Part shown: positions 49,216 through 58,869 of the stretch, one piece after another
Numbering within the stretch: position 1 is the first letter of the stretch
How the letters are laid out: each line of letters opens with the position of its first letter
Source of the DNA: Candidatus Woesearchaeota archaeon
GTDB taxonomy: Archaea; Nanobdellota; Nanobdellia; Woesearchaeales; GW2011-AR9
Length of the DNA: 64,000 nucleotides
Reading direction: 5' to 3'
Assembly: GCA_018655525.1 (NCBI GenBank)
Contig: JABIJM010000008.1
Location: forward strand, 20,836 to 84,835
The notes under the pieces: model-generated
Told to the model about the DNA's origin: nothing
The model's database searches: none
The model's input: the letters and a program-made list of their open reading frames with translations, nothing else
Program-made: the position numbers and the translations under genes

Positions 49216-51099
49216 TTACTGGAATCCTCCAGTTGATTGTGCTGATTCTGCGGCAGATGCTGCTTGACTCCCCATAGATCCAATTGTAGAAACACTACTT
49301 AAACTTCCTGGATCAATTGCCCCACCATTTGGAGATGTTGCCGAAGTGAAAAAGTTTAATTGAACATTTTCAAGACTTTTTCCATCTGGAAGACCACATC
49401 CCTTTGCACTTTTAACTAGTTCATCTTGTTCACATCCTGAACCCTCTCCTGTTCCAAACAAATTATTACTAATTGCCCCAAACTGAGCTAAAGAACATGT
49501 AATTGCTGAATTTGCTTTAGGTGCACATGCTGGGTTTGATGCTGGTGCTTGAATCTCTGCATTAGGGTCACCGATAGAATCGGCTTTCGGAGGCACTTTA
49601 TCAAGTTCTACGTCTTGAGTGTCTCCACTTGGTTCTTTAACCTTTACATCTTTTTCTTCAGACTTTGGTTCTCCACTTACTGGCTTCGGATCACCTTGTT
49701 TTACTTTTTTATCCGATTGAATTACTTGTCCTTGAGGATTAGTTACTGTTTCTTTAACAGTTGTTGTTTGTAAAGTTTGTTTATCTCCCGCATTATTAGT
49801 AAATGTTTCAAAATCTACTTTAACATCATAACTATAGCTATAGCCATCTTCATTAGTAAATCCATATCCTCCTTCATAAGAGGTTCCAGAGATTTTACCC
49901 CAACCTTTAGCATTCATTTTTTGTTCTGTTGACTTTCCAACTTGAACTCCACCACCTTGCATCTTCGCTAAATCAAATCCGGTACAAGTGTCACCATCTA
50001 ATCCGGCAGTTGCACTTGTTTTATCTCCGGCCTGTCCAGGAGTTGTATCGTAACCATCTCCACCTGAAACCGTGTCACCACCTGCTTTATCTGCACCTTT
50101 TACTGGATTTACAGAAGTTGATTTACCAACACAAGGCTCCCCATCAAGTGTTAGAGATTCCTTAATTTGAGAAAAACTTTGTCCGCCCTCCGCAGGTTGC
50201 CCACCTGGACTTCCAAAAGCATCTTCTTTTTCAATTAACCCTTTTTCAAAAGATTCAATTAAAGAATCAAAACCCGTTCCAAAATTTTGAACATTTCCTT
50301 CTTTAAAACTATACTCCTGCGTTAAATCAAATTTTACATTAAGCAACTTTTGAACATTTTCAAAAACTAAATGATCCACTAAATTTTGTGCTTTTTCTTT
50401 CGTATTTATCCCAAAATACATTGTGTTAAACATTTCTTCCGGATTATTTACATTTATTTCTTTATTTGGAAAAGTATGTTTAAACCTTACCAAGTCACTC
50501 GCAATAATTAAACTATGTTTAAGAGTTTCATCAAACATTAATTTTGTCATTCCCAATTCTATTCCATAAGTTAATGATAAATCGTATCCTTCTACTTTAG
50601 GACAATACATCCAATCAACTCCTTGCTTGCCACCAGATAAATAACAAGGATATCCTCCAGTTTTCATTAATCCCCATGGTTTACCTGTACTTCCTGCTTC
50701 TGTACACCCTTCTTGAATTGTATATTTACCGTCGTTTGTTAAGTAAGCCCAATTATTTATTGCAATACCATAAGTTGAAGGGTTACCTTGCCTATCTAAA
50801 TCACAATATTTCCAATCAACACCTTCTTTTCCACCACTTTTATAGCATGAGAATCCGCCTTCCATCATTTTTGCCCAAGGTTTACCTACGCTACCCGCTT
50901 CCGTACAACTTGTTTCGATAGAATACGTTTTATCATTTTTCAAATATGCCCAATTTCCTGTTTCATATTGAACTACTGGAGCAACGTCAACTGCTCCTCT
51001 TCCTCCACGGACTGCCTCCCCAGCAATGTTATCTCCACATCCTGCAAGAACAAAACTTAATGCAATTAAACTAATTATAATTAATAAATATTTTTTCAT
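49216..51099 (-). CDS. Large secreted lipoprotein with two FN2/kringle-like repeats and a Gly/Ser/Thr-rich C-terminal region
   Basis: Lipobox LAGC; GAGGTG SD; 51-aa repeat at aa 49-99 and 116-166. Confidence 0.78.
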   Translation of the reverse strand: MKKYLLIIISLIALSFVLAGCGDNIAGEAVRGGRGAVDVAPVVQYETGNWAYLKNDKTYSIETSCTEAGSVGKPWAKMMEGGFSCYKSGGKEGVDWKYCDLDRQGNPSTYGIAINNWAYLTNDGKYTIQEGCTEAGSTGKPWGLMKTGGYPCYLSGGKQGVDWMYCPKVEGYDLSLTYGIELGMTKLMFDETLKHSLIIASDLVRFKHTFPNKEINVNNPEEMFNTMYFGINTKEKAQNLVDHLVFENVQKLLNVKFDLTQEYSFKEGNVQNFGTGFDSLIESFEKGLIEKEDAFGSPGGQPAEGGQSFSQIKESLTLDGEPCVGKSTSVNPVKGADKAGGDTVSGGDGYDTTPGQAGDKTSATAGLDGDTCTGFDLAKMQGGGVQVGKSTEQKMNAKGWGKISGTSYEGGYGFTNEDGYSYSYDVKVDFETFTNNAGDKQTLQTTTVKETVTNPQGQVIQSDKKVKQGDPKPVSGEPKSEEKDVKVKEPSGDTQDVELDKVPPKADSIGDPNAEIQAPASNPACAPKANSAITCSLAQFGAISNNLFGTGEGSGCEQDELVKSAKGCGLPDGKSLENVQLNFFTSATSPNGGAIDPGSLSSVSTIGSMGSQAASAAESAQSTGGFQ

Positions 51100-51242
51100 C
51101 TATAAACACCTCGCGTTAGTGAGGTAAAAAAACACGAATAATATTTTGATTACCTCGTTTTTAATGTGATTTGGAAAGTAAAAAGAGTATAAAAAGATAT
51201 CCCTCTACAAAAACTTAAATACTTTCTAATTTTACAAAATAT

Positions 51243-51668
51243 ATGATTAATAAAAAAGCTAAAGGATCAAAAGGTGAACGGGATTTAGTAAAATTCTTTA
51301 ATGAAAATGAATGGTCTTGCATTAGGATTGCAGGTTCTGGGTCATCTAAATATCCTGCGCCGGATATTCTTGCAGGAAACGCAATAAGAAGAGTTGCAGT
51401 TGAGTGTAAGGTTACAAAAGACCATAAAAAATATTTTCCAAACGATGAAATTGAGCAATTGAGGACGTTTTCGCAGAAATTTGGAGCTGAATCATGGGTT
51501 GCAGTCAAATTTGGAAGTAATGAGTGGTATTTTCTCATGCTTGAAGATCTTATAGATACGGGAAAATCTTGGTCCATTAGCTTAGATATCGCAAAAAGAA
51601 GGGGCCTTACCAAAGAAGAACTACTTGGGAAGGGTAATGTAAACGAAACATTTAAAAGGGCCGAGTAA
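51243..51668 (+). CDS. hjc: Holliday junction resolvase
   Basis: KGSKGEREL-like start, RIAGSG, PDILAG, VECK, AVKF. Confidence 0.93.
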   Translation: MINKKAKGSKGERDLVKFFNENEWSCIRIAGSGSSKYPAPDILAGNAIRRVAVECKVTKDHKKYFPNDEIEQLRTFSQKFGAESWVAVKFGSNEWYFLMLEDLIDTGKSWSISLDIAKRRGLTKEELLGKGNVNETFKRAE

Positions 51669-51694
51669 CGTAATTCTAATTCACCCAACCTAAA

Positions 51695-52591
51695 ATGCGC
51701 CTAACTCCAAAAAAAATAGAAGAAATTCTCGTTCAGATTATTGGTTCAGAAGGTTTACCTCTTATTCAAAACTTGATTGGGCAAGAAAATGTGTCAGAAT
51801 TTGACCTTGCTACAAAAATTAAGTATGATATTAAGGTTGTAAGAAGGTTATTATACACATTATATAATCATAATTTAGTTGCATTTACAAGGAAAAAGGA
51901 TAAACAGAAGGGATGGTATATTTATTATTGGACTTTGCTTCCAAATAGCATCAGATATAGTTATTTTAAACGTAAAAAAGAACTTCTCGAGAGGTTAAAG
52001 GAACGATTAATTGAAGAACAACAAGAATTATTTTTTGTGTGTCCAAATGATTGTGTACGTTTGAATTTTGATCAATCCATGGATTTTGAATTTCATTGTC
52101 CAGAATGTGGAGAATTGATTAATCAAGATAATGGAAAAGAACGTATTCTTATGCTTGAAAAGAAAATTAAAAACCTTACAAAAGAAGTTGAAACATTAAT
52201 TGAACAGCGTAGTGCTAAACGGAAATTGGTGAAGGAAAGAGCAAGAAAAGCTGAAGAAAAAGCAAAACTAGCTGCACGGAAGAAAGAAGTAAAGAAACCG
52301 GTTAAGAAGAAGGTTGTGAAGAAGAAAGTTGCTGCTAAGAAGAAAACTGCAACTAAAAAAATTCCTGTAAAGAAAAAATCTGATAAAAAGAAGGCTACGG
52401 TTAAGAAAAAAGAAGTTGTCAAGAAGAAGAAAGTTGCAACACGGAAAAAAGCAGCTAGTAAAAAGCCTGTAAAAAAGGTTAGTACTAAAAAGAAAGTAGT
52501 GAAGAAAAAAGTTCCTGCAAAAAAATCAAGTTCTAAAAAAGTAATTAAAAAAACTGTAAAGAAAAAAGTTGCTAAAAAAGCAAAAAAATAA
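51695..52591 (+). CDS. tfe: Transcription factor E alpha with long Lys-rich C-terminal tail
   Basis: wHTH (VRRLLY.L...KGWYIYYW), Zn ribbon CPNDC...CPECG, then about 110 aa of K/A/V/T/S/P. Confidence 0.9.
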   Translation: MRLTPKKIEEILVQIIGSEGLPLIQNLIGQENVSEFDLATKIKYDIKVVRRLLYTLYNHNLVAFTRKKDKQKGWYIYYWTLLPNSIRYSYFKRKKELLERLKERLIEEQQELFFVCPNDCVRLNFDQSMDFEFHCPECGELINQDNGKERILMLEKKIKNLTKEVETLIEQRSAKRKLVKERARKAEEKAKLAARKKEVKKPVKKKVVKKKVAAKKKTATKKIPVKKKSDKKKATVKKKEVVKKKKVATRKKAASKKPVKKVSTKKKVVKKKVPAKKSSSKKVIKKTVKKKVAKKAKK

Positions 52592-52825
52592 TTAACGTTT
52601 TTTTCGTTTTGTTGTTTTCTTACGTGAAGGAGATCTTTTTCTTGTAATCATTCTCTCAATTACTTTCTCTTCTTTCAAAACACGTGATGTCATTCTTTGG
52701 ATATTTTGTTCCATAGATGCAACTCTTCGTTCTAACATGATTAATACACGTAATGAATATACAATTGCTGCTAAGGTTCCAATAATAACTGCGAGTATTA
52801 CTTCTTCCAATCCTAAACCTGTCAT
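52592..52825 (-). CDS. Small single-TM protein with coiled coil and basic tail
   Basis: TM IIGTLAAIVYSLR, heptads, RKRSPSRKKTTKRKKR; GAGGT SD. Confidence 0.75.
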   Translation of the reverse strand: MTGLGLEEVILAVIIGTLAAIVYSLRVLIMLERRVASMEQNIQRMTSRVLKEEKVIERMITRKRSPSRKKTTKRKKR

Positions 52826-52926
52826 TTTTTATGTACCTCTTTTAAATGTGTGTTTATAAACAAATGTTTGAGGTATATAAAAGTTTTGTAAAAGTTTATA
52901 AAAGAATGAACGAAATTATACTTACA

Positions 52927-53340
52927 ATGGATGATTATGAAGCAATGTTGAAAAAGGCACAGGAAGAATTGCCAGAGATTACGCATGGTGAATCTAGGTT
53001 TACAATTGATAACGTAAAGGGACATCTTGAAGGAAATAAAACAGTAATCATCAATATTAAACAAATTGCAAAGAGTTTAGATAGAGATCCAGAACATCTT
53101 CTAAAATATTTATTACGTGAATTAGCAGCGCCTGGAAGATTTGTACGAGATCGTGTAATTTTTGGTACAAAGGTCTCAGCAAAAAAAATTAATAAGAAAA
53201 TTGCAAAGTATGCAAGTGAATTCGTATTCTGTAGCGAGTGTAGTAAACCTGAAACAAAAATTGAAGAAGGTAAAGCAGGAGTTATGTATCTTAAATGTCA
53301 GGCATGTGGTGTTAAGAAACCTGTTAAAACGGTACGATGA
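52927..53340 (+). CDS. eif2b: Translation initiation factor 2 beta
   Basis: Y..ML..A...LP, GNKT, HLLKYLLREL, CSECSKPET...CQACG; ATG at 52927 preferred. Confidence 0.94.
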   Translation: MDDYEAMLKKAQEELPEITHGESRFTIDNVKGHLEGNKTVIINIKQIAKSLDRDPEHLLKYLLRELAAPGRFVRDRVIFGTKVSAKKINKKIAKYASEFVFCSECSKPETKIEEGKAGVMYLKCQACGVKKPVKTVR

Positions 53341-53627
53341 TTGTATCGCAAAAACAAGGCCCTCATGGGATTCTTCTTGTTGTAACTGATTCTGATCTGA
53401 TTGGAAAAAAATTTGAAGAGGAACGTGTTCAATTAGATTTAATGCAAGATTTCTATAAAGGTGATGAAATGAACAAAGAAGAAGTTAAAATTCTATTGCA
53501 AAGAAGTAGACATGCTCATTTTACCGGAAAAGAATCTGTTGCGGTTGGAGTTGAATTAGATTTAATAAATCCCGAAAGAATTCTTTATGTTGAAGGTGTT
53601 CCACACGCTGAAGTTATATTGGAATGA
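53337..53627 (+). CDS. DUF424 family protein
   Basis: D..LIGK.F, FYKG, G...V, V.GVPHA. Confidence 0.85.
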   Translation: MIVSQKQGPHGILLVVTDSDLIGKKFEEERVQLDLMQDFYKGDEMNKEEVKILLQRSRHAHFTGKESVAVGVELDLINPERILYVEGVPHAEVILE

Positions 53628-56600
53628 TTACGCAATAAAATCTCCTAATCCAACTTGTTTATCTTTATCTTTTCCAAATAATGTATCTACATTAAATTTT
53701 AACATTTCTATTGTTTCTTTTAAGAATGGTGAAAAATCATAATTTTCACATAATGTAAGGGAAGGTCCCAAATATTTAACAACAGATCCTTGAGAAATTG
53801 TAAATATTAATTTTCCGCGGCATTCAGAACATTTGCCTGATAATGGTGGCCTTCTATATTTTGCATTGCATCCTACACATCTAAATTTCTGCATTGAATA
53901 TTTTCTGAAATTTCCTTTAATATCTTTAAGAAAATGTTTTTGAATAACTAATTTTGCAACATCATCCATATCTACTGCACGTACCATTTTTGCAATTTCC
54001 ATTTGTCCAATCAATTTATCTGCCATTGTAGGGAGAGTTTTATATGCACTACATTGTACGCCTTTATTGAAATTGTCAACATGATGTGTAAAACCAAAAT
54101 TTTCAAATTGTGTATTTTTATCTAATCTGTCTGCAAGTTGTTCAATTTTTTTTCCATCTACTTTTACTTCCCAAGGATTTTTCATTTCTAACGCAGCTTC
54201 ATAAAATTCAAGAGGATATTTCCATACGATATCCATCCCATGTACTTGGTCGTCAACTTCTGTAGGGTTTAATGTTGAAGTTAATACTAATGGTGCATCC
54301 ATTGTTTTCGCTCCTCTTCTTTCTGGAAGAAATTGTCGTGAAAAATTTAATAGTGAATCCATTAAGAGCATGATACATGCTTCGTCTCCATCACAATCAC
54401 GCCTTAGACCTGCATGATACATAGGATGTGTAATCATCCCCTGAGTTTCAGAATACCCAATAATTCTTCCTACTAATCCTGCTGAAATGTGTGGAGCAAG
54501 ACCGATCATTAAATGGCCAACGAGATCTTCTGGTTTTTTTACATTGTAAAAAGGTTCCATGTGATAAAATTTTACAAGTAATTCATCTACAAAATTGCAA
54601 ACTCGCATTAATACCTTAGGTCCTGATTCTTGTAAAGATTCAAATCCTGGGATGATAACATCCTGAGGTTTCATTTCTATTAATTGATTATCATCTACTA
54701 ACTCTTTTCCATGCATATCTTCATGATATCCTATTTCCCTTAACTTTTCAACTGAAGTGTTAATTTCTTTAGGTTTAAAATGAGTAAGAGGTAATTCCGT
54801 TGCATCTAATCTAGTTGTACCATCTTTGTTTACATAGACTCCATGTTTTGCTCTTAAAATTCCTTTAGAGAGATGTTCCACCAAATGATGTTTGTTCGAA
54901 GTTCCACGAATACCTTTAATTAAATCTGGATGTAATTTTTCTCCTAAGCGTTCTTTTGCTTTATTAAAATAATATTTAATATCTAATTCTTGTGTTTTGT
55001 ATTGCATTCCATCACCATGCCTACAGGATTTTTCGGTTAAATCACCACAAAAACGACAATAATAATTTTGAGAACATTCTTTACCACATTCTTCACAAGA
55101 AGGGTAAACCATTTCTTTTTTACATTCTTCACAATAAAATAATGGAAAAGAACTTGTGATTTTTTTATTGAGTAGTGCAGATTGAAAACTTCGTAAACGT
55201 TCACCTTCGTCTCCTACAGGAAACATTACCTGGGGCGATCCTTTCAAATGACGCATTTTTGCTTTTTCTGGCCGACCCATACGTGCACCAATAAAAGTAC
55301 CTGCCTTATCCCGTAAGGTAAATGAGTTTGATTCATTAAGAATGTCTAATGCTGTTTTTTCTTCATGAGATTCTAAGTTTATATTTTGTAAATCTTGTTG
55401 GGATGAAATATTAAGAGAAAATGCGAGTGATTTTGCATCTTCTAATTCTATCACAACATTCTCTTTACTAATGATTTTATGAGGTAACCCTATATGGTCT
55501 AAAATTAATTTTCCTTTTTGATGTGATTCTTTATCTTTGTAAAATGGAAGAATTATTTTTTGAATGCCTTCTGATGTTTTTTTGATTTTTCCTTCTTTAA
55601 TCCATTGTATTAATAATACTAAATCTTCACTTGAAATTAGTTTCCAATAAAAGGTATAATCTGGATGTAAAGGGATTTGTAATTCTTTTATCAGTAAAAT
55701 AGATTCTTCAAAACTTGGTTGTTTGAATAATGGTTCTGAAATTAATTCTTTTATTCTTGAATCAGGAATTGTAGTTTTCTTTTCTTTTAAAGATTTTTCA
55801 ACTTCTAGTACCCACCATTCAGGACAATATCCTCCTGGAACAAGAGCATGACCATTTTCTGAAAAATCTCCATAATTAAAAAGAATATCTCCGAGAAATA
55901 ATATCTCTTCAATTTGTTTGAGATGTGTTTGAGCTTCTTCTTCAGTTTTTAAGTACATAACTGTGCCATCTTCTAACCTTACAATTGGACCTTCAATAGT
56001 ATCACAAACTGTAATAGTACATGCTTTTCCTGGACGCTCTACTTTTAGTTGGGTTCCTATTGCAATAAATTTTTGTAAAACGACCATCGTTGCGGGGTGT
56101 AACGCAGATGCAGAGAATCCTGTTGTCCTTCCTCTTCCATATCGCAATCGGAATCCACCTTCTGCAAGAGGATGTGTTAAAATAGGTCTACCAGCCACTA
56201 AATCCATAATGAAAGTATTATTTGCTTCAACTACTTTTTCTCCAGATTTTTTGCCGTCATCCTTTTTCTTAGATCCTGCATGAATTCTTTTTTTAATTTC
56301 AAGAAATTCTTCCATCCAATCCCATTCTAAATCAAAACTTTTTCCCCATTTGCCAAGACGTTTCCATAATTTAGGAGCTTTTTGAGATAATCCTTCTGCT
56401 AATACTAATGCAACTCCTCCTCGGATCATATTTGTTGGGATTCTATCTAAATCTTTATTATTAGAAACTTCAAATCTTTCTGTAGGGTCTCCATCAACCT
56501 CTACAGGCAAATGTTCTAGCATAAATTTTAATTCTTCATCTGAAGGTTTATATTGTAAGTTTGTAACTCGATCATTATAATCATTAACTTCAGTCATATA

Positions 56601-57176
56601 TCTATTAATTTCTTTTTCACTTGGATCCCAAGGAGAATAACCCATTTTAACACGAACATAATCTGATAAAATTACAGAAGTTGAAGAAGCCGTTCCCCCT
56701 GCTGCACGAATTGGGCCGGCATACTGCAATGCAAAATATTCCTTGCCATCTCTCCGTTTTTTGATTTCTAATCCTATAAACCCTTCCAAAGGAGCTGATA
56801 CAATCCCTAAAGTTAAATATGCAAAACCTACACGGATGCCAACTTCCATTGCTTCCTTTTTTTCATCGAATTTACAAAATTGTTCTTTTGCAACTTCTTC
56901 TGCAATTTTAAAACCTACACGCCAATCAAGCATCCCATATTCTTTTTCTAACTCAATGATCCTTTCTGGAATTCCAGTATTTTGGATTTGTGGAGACATT
57001 ACTGAAATTAATCCTACTACACGTTCAGCCATGTTCTTAGCAATTGGAATGGGAACTTCTTTTTCTGGATCTAATCCTTTTGCCCGTGCAACTTTTGCAA
57101 TGTCATAACTACGTGTAACTTCATCATTAATACGTTTAAAGTACGCATGTATTTTTGGAGATGCAACTATTGCCAT
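53628..57176 (-). CDS. polC: DNA polymerase D large subunit DP2
   Basis: AGPIRAAGGT, GFRLRYGR, RMGRPEKA, catalytic RRDCDGDE, Zn fingers, C-terminal PIP box QVGLGDF; no intein. Confidence 0.97.
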   Translation of the reverse strand: MAIVASPKIHAYFKRINDEVTRSYDIAKVARAKGLDPEKEVPIPIAKNMAERVVGLISVMSPQIQNTGIPERIIELEKEYGMLDWRVGFKIAEEVAKEQFCKFDEKKEAMEVGIRVGFAYLTLGIVSAPLEGFIGLEIKKRRDGKEYFALQYAGPIRAAGGTASSTSVILSDYVRVKMGYSPWDPSEKEINRYMTEVNDYNDRVTNLQYKPSDEELKFMLEHLPVEVDGDPTERFEVSNNKDLDRIPTNMIRGGVALVLAEGLSQKAPKLWKRLGKWGKSFDLEWDWMEEFLEIKKRIHAGSKKKDDGKKSGEKVVEANNTFIMDLVAGRPILTHPLAEGGFRLRYGRGRTTGFSASALHPATMVVLQKFIAIGTQLKVERPGKACTITVCDTIEGPIVRLEDGTVMYLKTEEEAQTHLKQIEEILFLGDILFNYGDFSENGHALVPGGYCPEWWVLEVEKSLKEKKTTIPDSRIKELISEPLFKQPSFEESILLIKELQIPLHPDYTFYWKLISSEDLVLLIQWIKEGKIKKTSEGIQKIILPFYKDKESHQKGKLILDHIGLPHKIISKENVVIELEDAKSLAFSLNISSQQDLQNINLESHEEKTALDILNESNSFTLRDKAGTFIGARMGRPEKAKMRHLKGSPQVMFPVGDEGERLRSFQSALLNKKITSSFPLFYCEECKKEMVYPSCEECGKECSQNYYCRFCGDLTEKSCRHGDGMQYKTQELDIKYYFNKAKERLGEKLHPDLIKGIRGTSNKHHLVEHLSKGILRAKHGVYVNKDGTTRLDATELPLTHFKPKEINTSVEKLREIGYHEDMHGKELVDDNQLIEMKPQDVIIPGFESLQESGPKVLMRVCNFVDELLVKFYHMEPFYNVKKPEDLVGHLMIGLAPHISAGLVGRIIGYSETQGMITHPMYHAGLRRDCDGDEACIMLLMDSLLNFSRQFLPERRGAKTMDAPLVLTSTLNPTEVDDQVHGMDIVWKYPLEFYEAALEMKNPWEVKVDGKKIEQLADRLDKNTQFENFGFTHHVDNFNKGVQCSAYKTLPTMADKLIGQMEIAKMVRAVDMDDVAKLVIQKHFLKDIKGNFRKYSMQKFRCVGCNAKYRRPPLSGKCSECRGKLIFTISQGSVVKYLGPSLTLCENYDFSPFLKETIEMLKFNVDTLFGKDKDKQVGLGDFIA

Positions 57177-57177
57177 A

Positions 57178-58869
57178 TTAAAATCGTAAAACTTTAACCT
57201 CCCTTGTTTTGAGATTTACTACTGGAACTCGTCCGGGTTCTGGTTCATGACCTAATTTTTCTTGGAAGGAGGTCATACTTTGCCAACAACTTCCACTAAT
57301 CATTGTAATTCCTTTATAATTAGCAACAGAAGAATAATGGATATGTCCGGTAATTAAAAAATCTGGTACTTTTTTAATCAGTAAAGGATCTTCTTTATGG
57401 CCTGGATAATAAGGAGTTGATGTAAATGATGGAGCCATATGCCTTCGTTTAAGAAGGAATTTCATTATTAAGTCAGCTCTTTTATATCCTCCTCCATTTC
57501 GTATTGATTCTACATTTGCAACATAATAATCAAAACTATATCCATGATACATTTGAACATTAAATCCTTCAAAATCCTTTGTTTTTCCAATATTAATCAA
57601 TGCAGGATTTGTCACTAATTCTACATTTGGCAGTTCAAATAATCCTGGAACAAATTGTTGATAAAGTACAGGTTGAGGTTCAGCTAAATGTACAAGATCA
57701 TGGTTGCCTGGACAGATTATAATAGGAATGTGTGAAGGAATTCCTTTGATTAATTCTACAAATTTTTGATATTGTCCTTCAATTGTGGTGATAAATAATT
57801 CTTCTTCATGTCCAGGATAAATTCCAACACCATCTACTACATCTCCTGCAATGAAAATGTATTTTAAGTTACGTGCAATGTTTCGTTGTGCTTCGTTCCC
57901 TACATTTCCATTCGTCCATTCTATAAATTTTTTAAATGGTTCTTCTAAAAAATATTTTGAACCAACATGAATATCTGATAAAAAAATAACATGTTCTTCT
58001 TCTGGTCCTTTTTTCATAACATTAGTTGAAGGAATGTCAGGCCAGACTACATTTTCTGCAAAAATAATTTTATCACCCGTTACTCCTGAAATTCCAACTA
58101 CCTCGTCATAAACAAGGTCTTTACCATCTAAAAAAAGATCTTTTTTATTTTTTGAAATAAGAACTTTAATTTTTCCAGTGAAGTCTTCTAACGTCAACAT
58201 CAAATTTCCATTCTTTGTTTCACCAATTTCTTCGACAATCCCGATGATAGAAACATTTTCTCGTTCTTTTTTTTCAAGAACTCTACTTATAGAAAGCATA
58301 TTTTTTAATTCTTGTCTATTTCTGAGTATGTTTTCTAAAAACTTAAATCGCGATGTAAAGAAATGAGTGAAATCTGCAACTGTAAATTTGTGAGGTTTAT
58401 TTTCATAAGAAATTATAATTGTAACTGCTGAAGAGGGCTGAACAATATTTTGTGGTGACAATTCTAATTCTAAATGTTCTTTTTCTTTAAGTTCTTCAGG
58501 AGTGCCTAGATTTGTTTTTTGTGTATCTTCTAATTCAACTTCTAAACTACTGACATCTTGGTTACTTTTATGTTGAGGGACATCAATTGAAAGAGTTGAT
58601 GTTTTGAAACTCTGTAATTGAGATTGGTAAATGTCGTCATTTCTATCTTTTTCAGAATTTACACGCATTTCATCTACTTCATGCCAATCAACAAGTGAAG
58701 ATTCTTGTTTGATGACATCTACATAATCATCATTAAGTACTATTAAATCAGATTCTGTTTCTAATTTTTGACGTAAATTTTTGTCAAGGCCTTTTTGAAG
58801 TAGTTCTTCATTTAGTAAGATCCCTTTTTCGAACATTTCTTCTATTAATTTTTCACGGCTCGTTGTCAT
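57178..58869 (-). CDS. polB: DNA polymerase D small subunit DP1 (proofreading exonuclease)
   Basis: OB fold; SDIHVG, GDVVDG, PGNHD, YHG, RRH.AP, GHIH. Confidence 0.96.
   Translation of the reverse strand: MTTSREKLIEEMFEKGILLNEELLQKGLDKNLRQKLETESDLIVLNDDYVDVIKQESSLVDWHEVDEMRVNSEKDRNDDIYQSQLQSFKTSTLSIDVPQHKSNQDVSSLEVELEDTQKTNLGTPEELKEKEHLELELSPQNIVQPSSAVTIIISYENKPHKFTVADFTHFFTSRFKFLENILRNRQELKNMLSISRVLEKKERENVSIIGIVEEIGETKNGNLMLTLEDFTGKIKVLISKNKKDLFLDGKDLVYDEVVGISGVTGDKIIFAENVVWPDIPSTNVMKKGPEEEHVIFLSDIHVGSKYFLEEPFKKFIEWTNGNVGNEAQRNIARNLKYIFIAGDVVDGVGIYPGHEEELFITTIEGQYQKFVELIKGIPSHIPIIICPGNHDLVHLAEPQPVLYQQFVPGLFELPNVELVTNPALINIGKTKDFEGFNVQMYHGYSFDYYVANVESIRNGGGYKRADLIMKFLLKRRHMAPSFTSTPYYPGHKEDPLLIKKVPDFLITGHIHYSSVANYKGITMISGSCWQSMTSFQEKLGHEPEPGRVPVVNLKTREVKVLRF

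Noticed and set aside
52123-52422. Phe-rich 99-aa ORF resembling a membrane protein
   Set aside because: Antisense mirror of the AAA/AAG codons in the TFE lysine-rich tail
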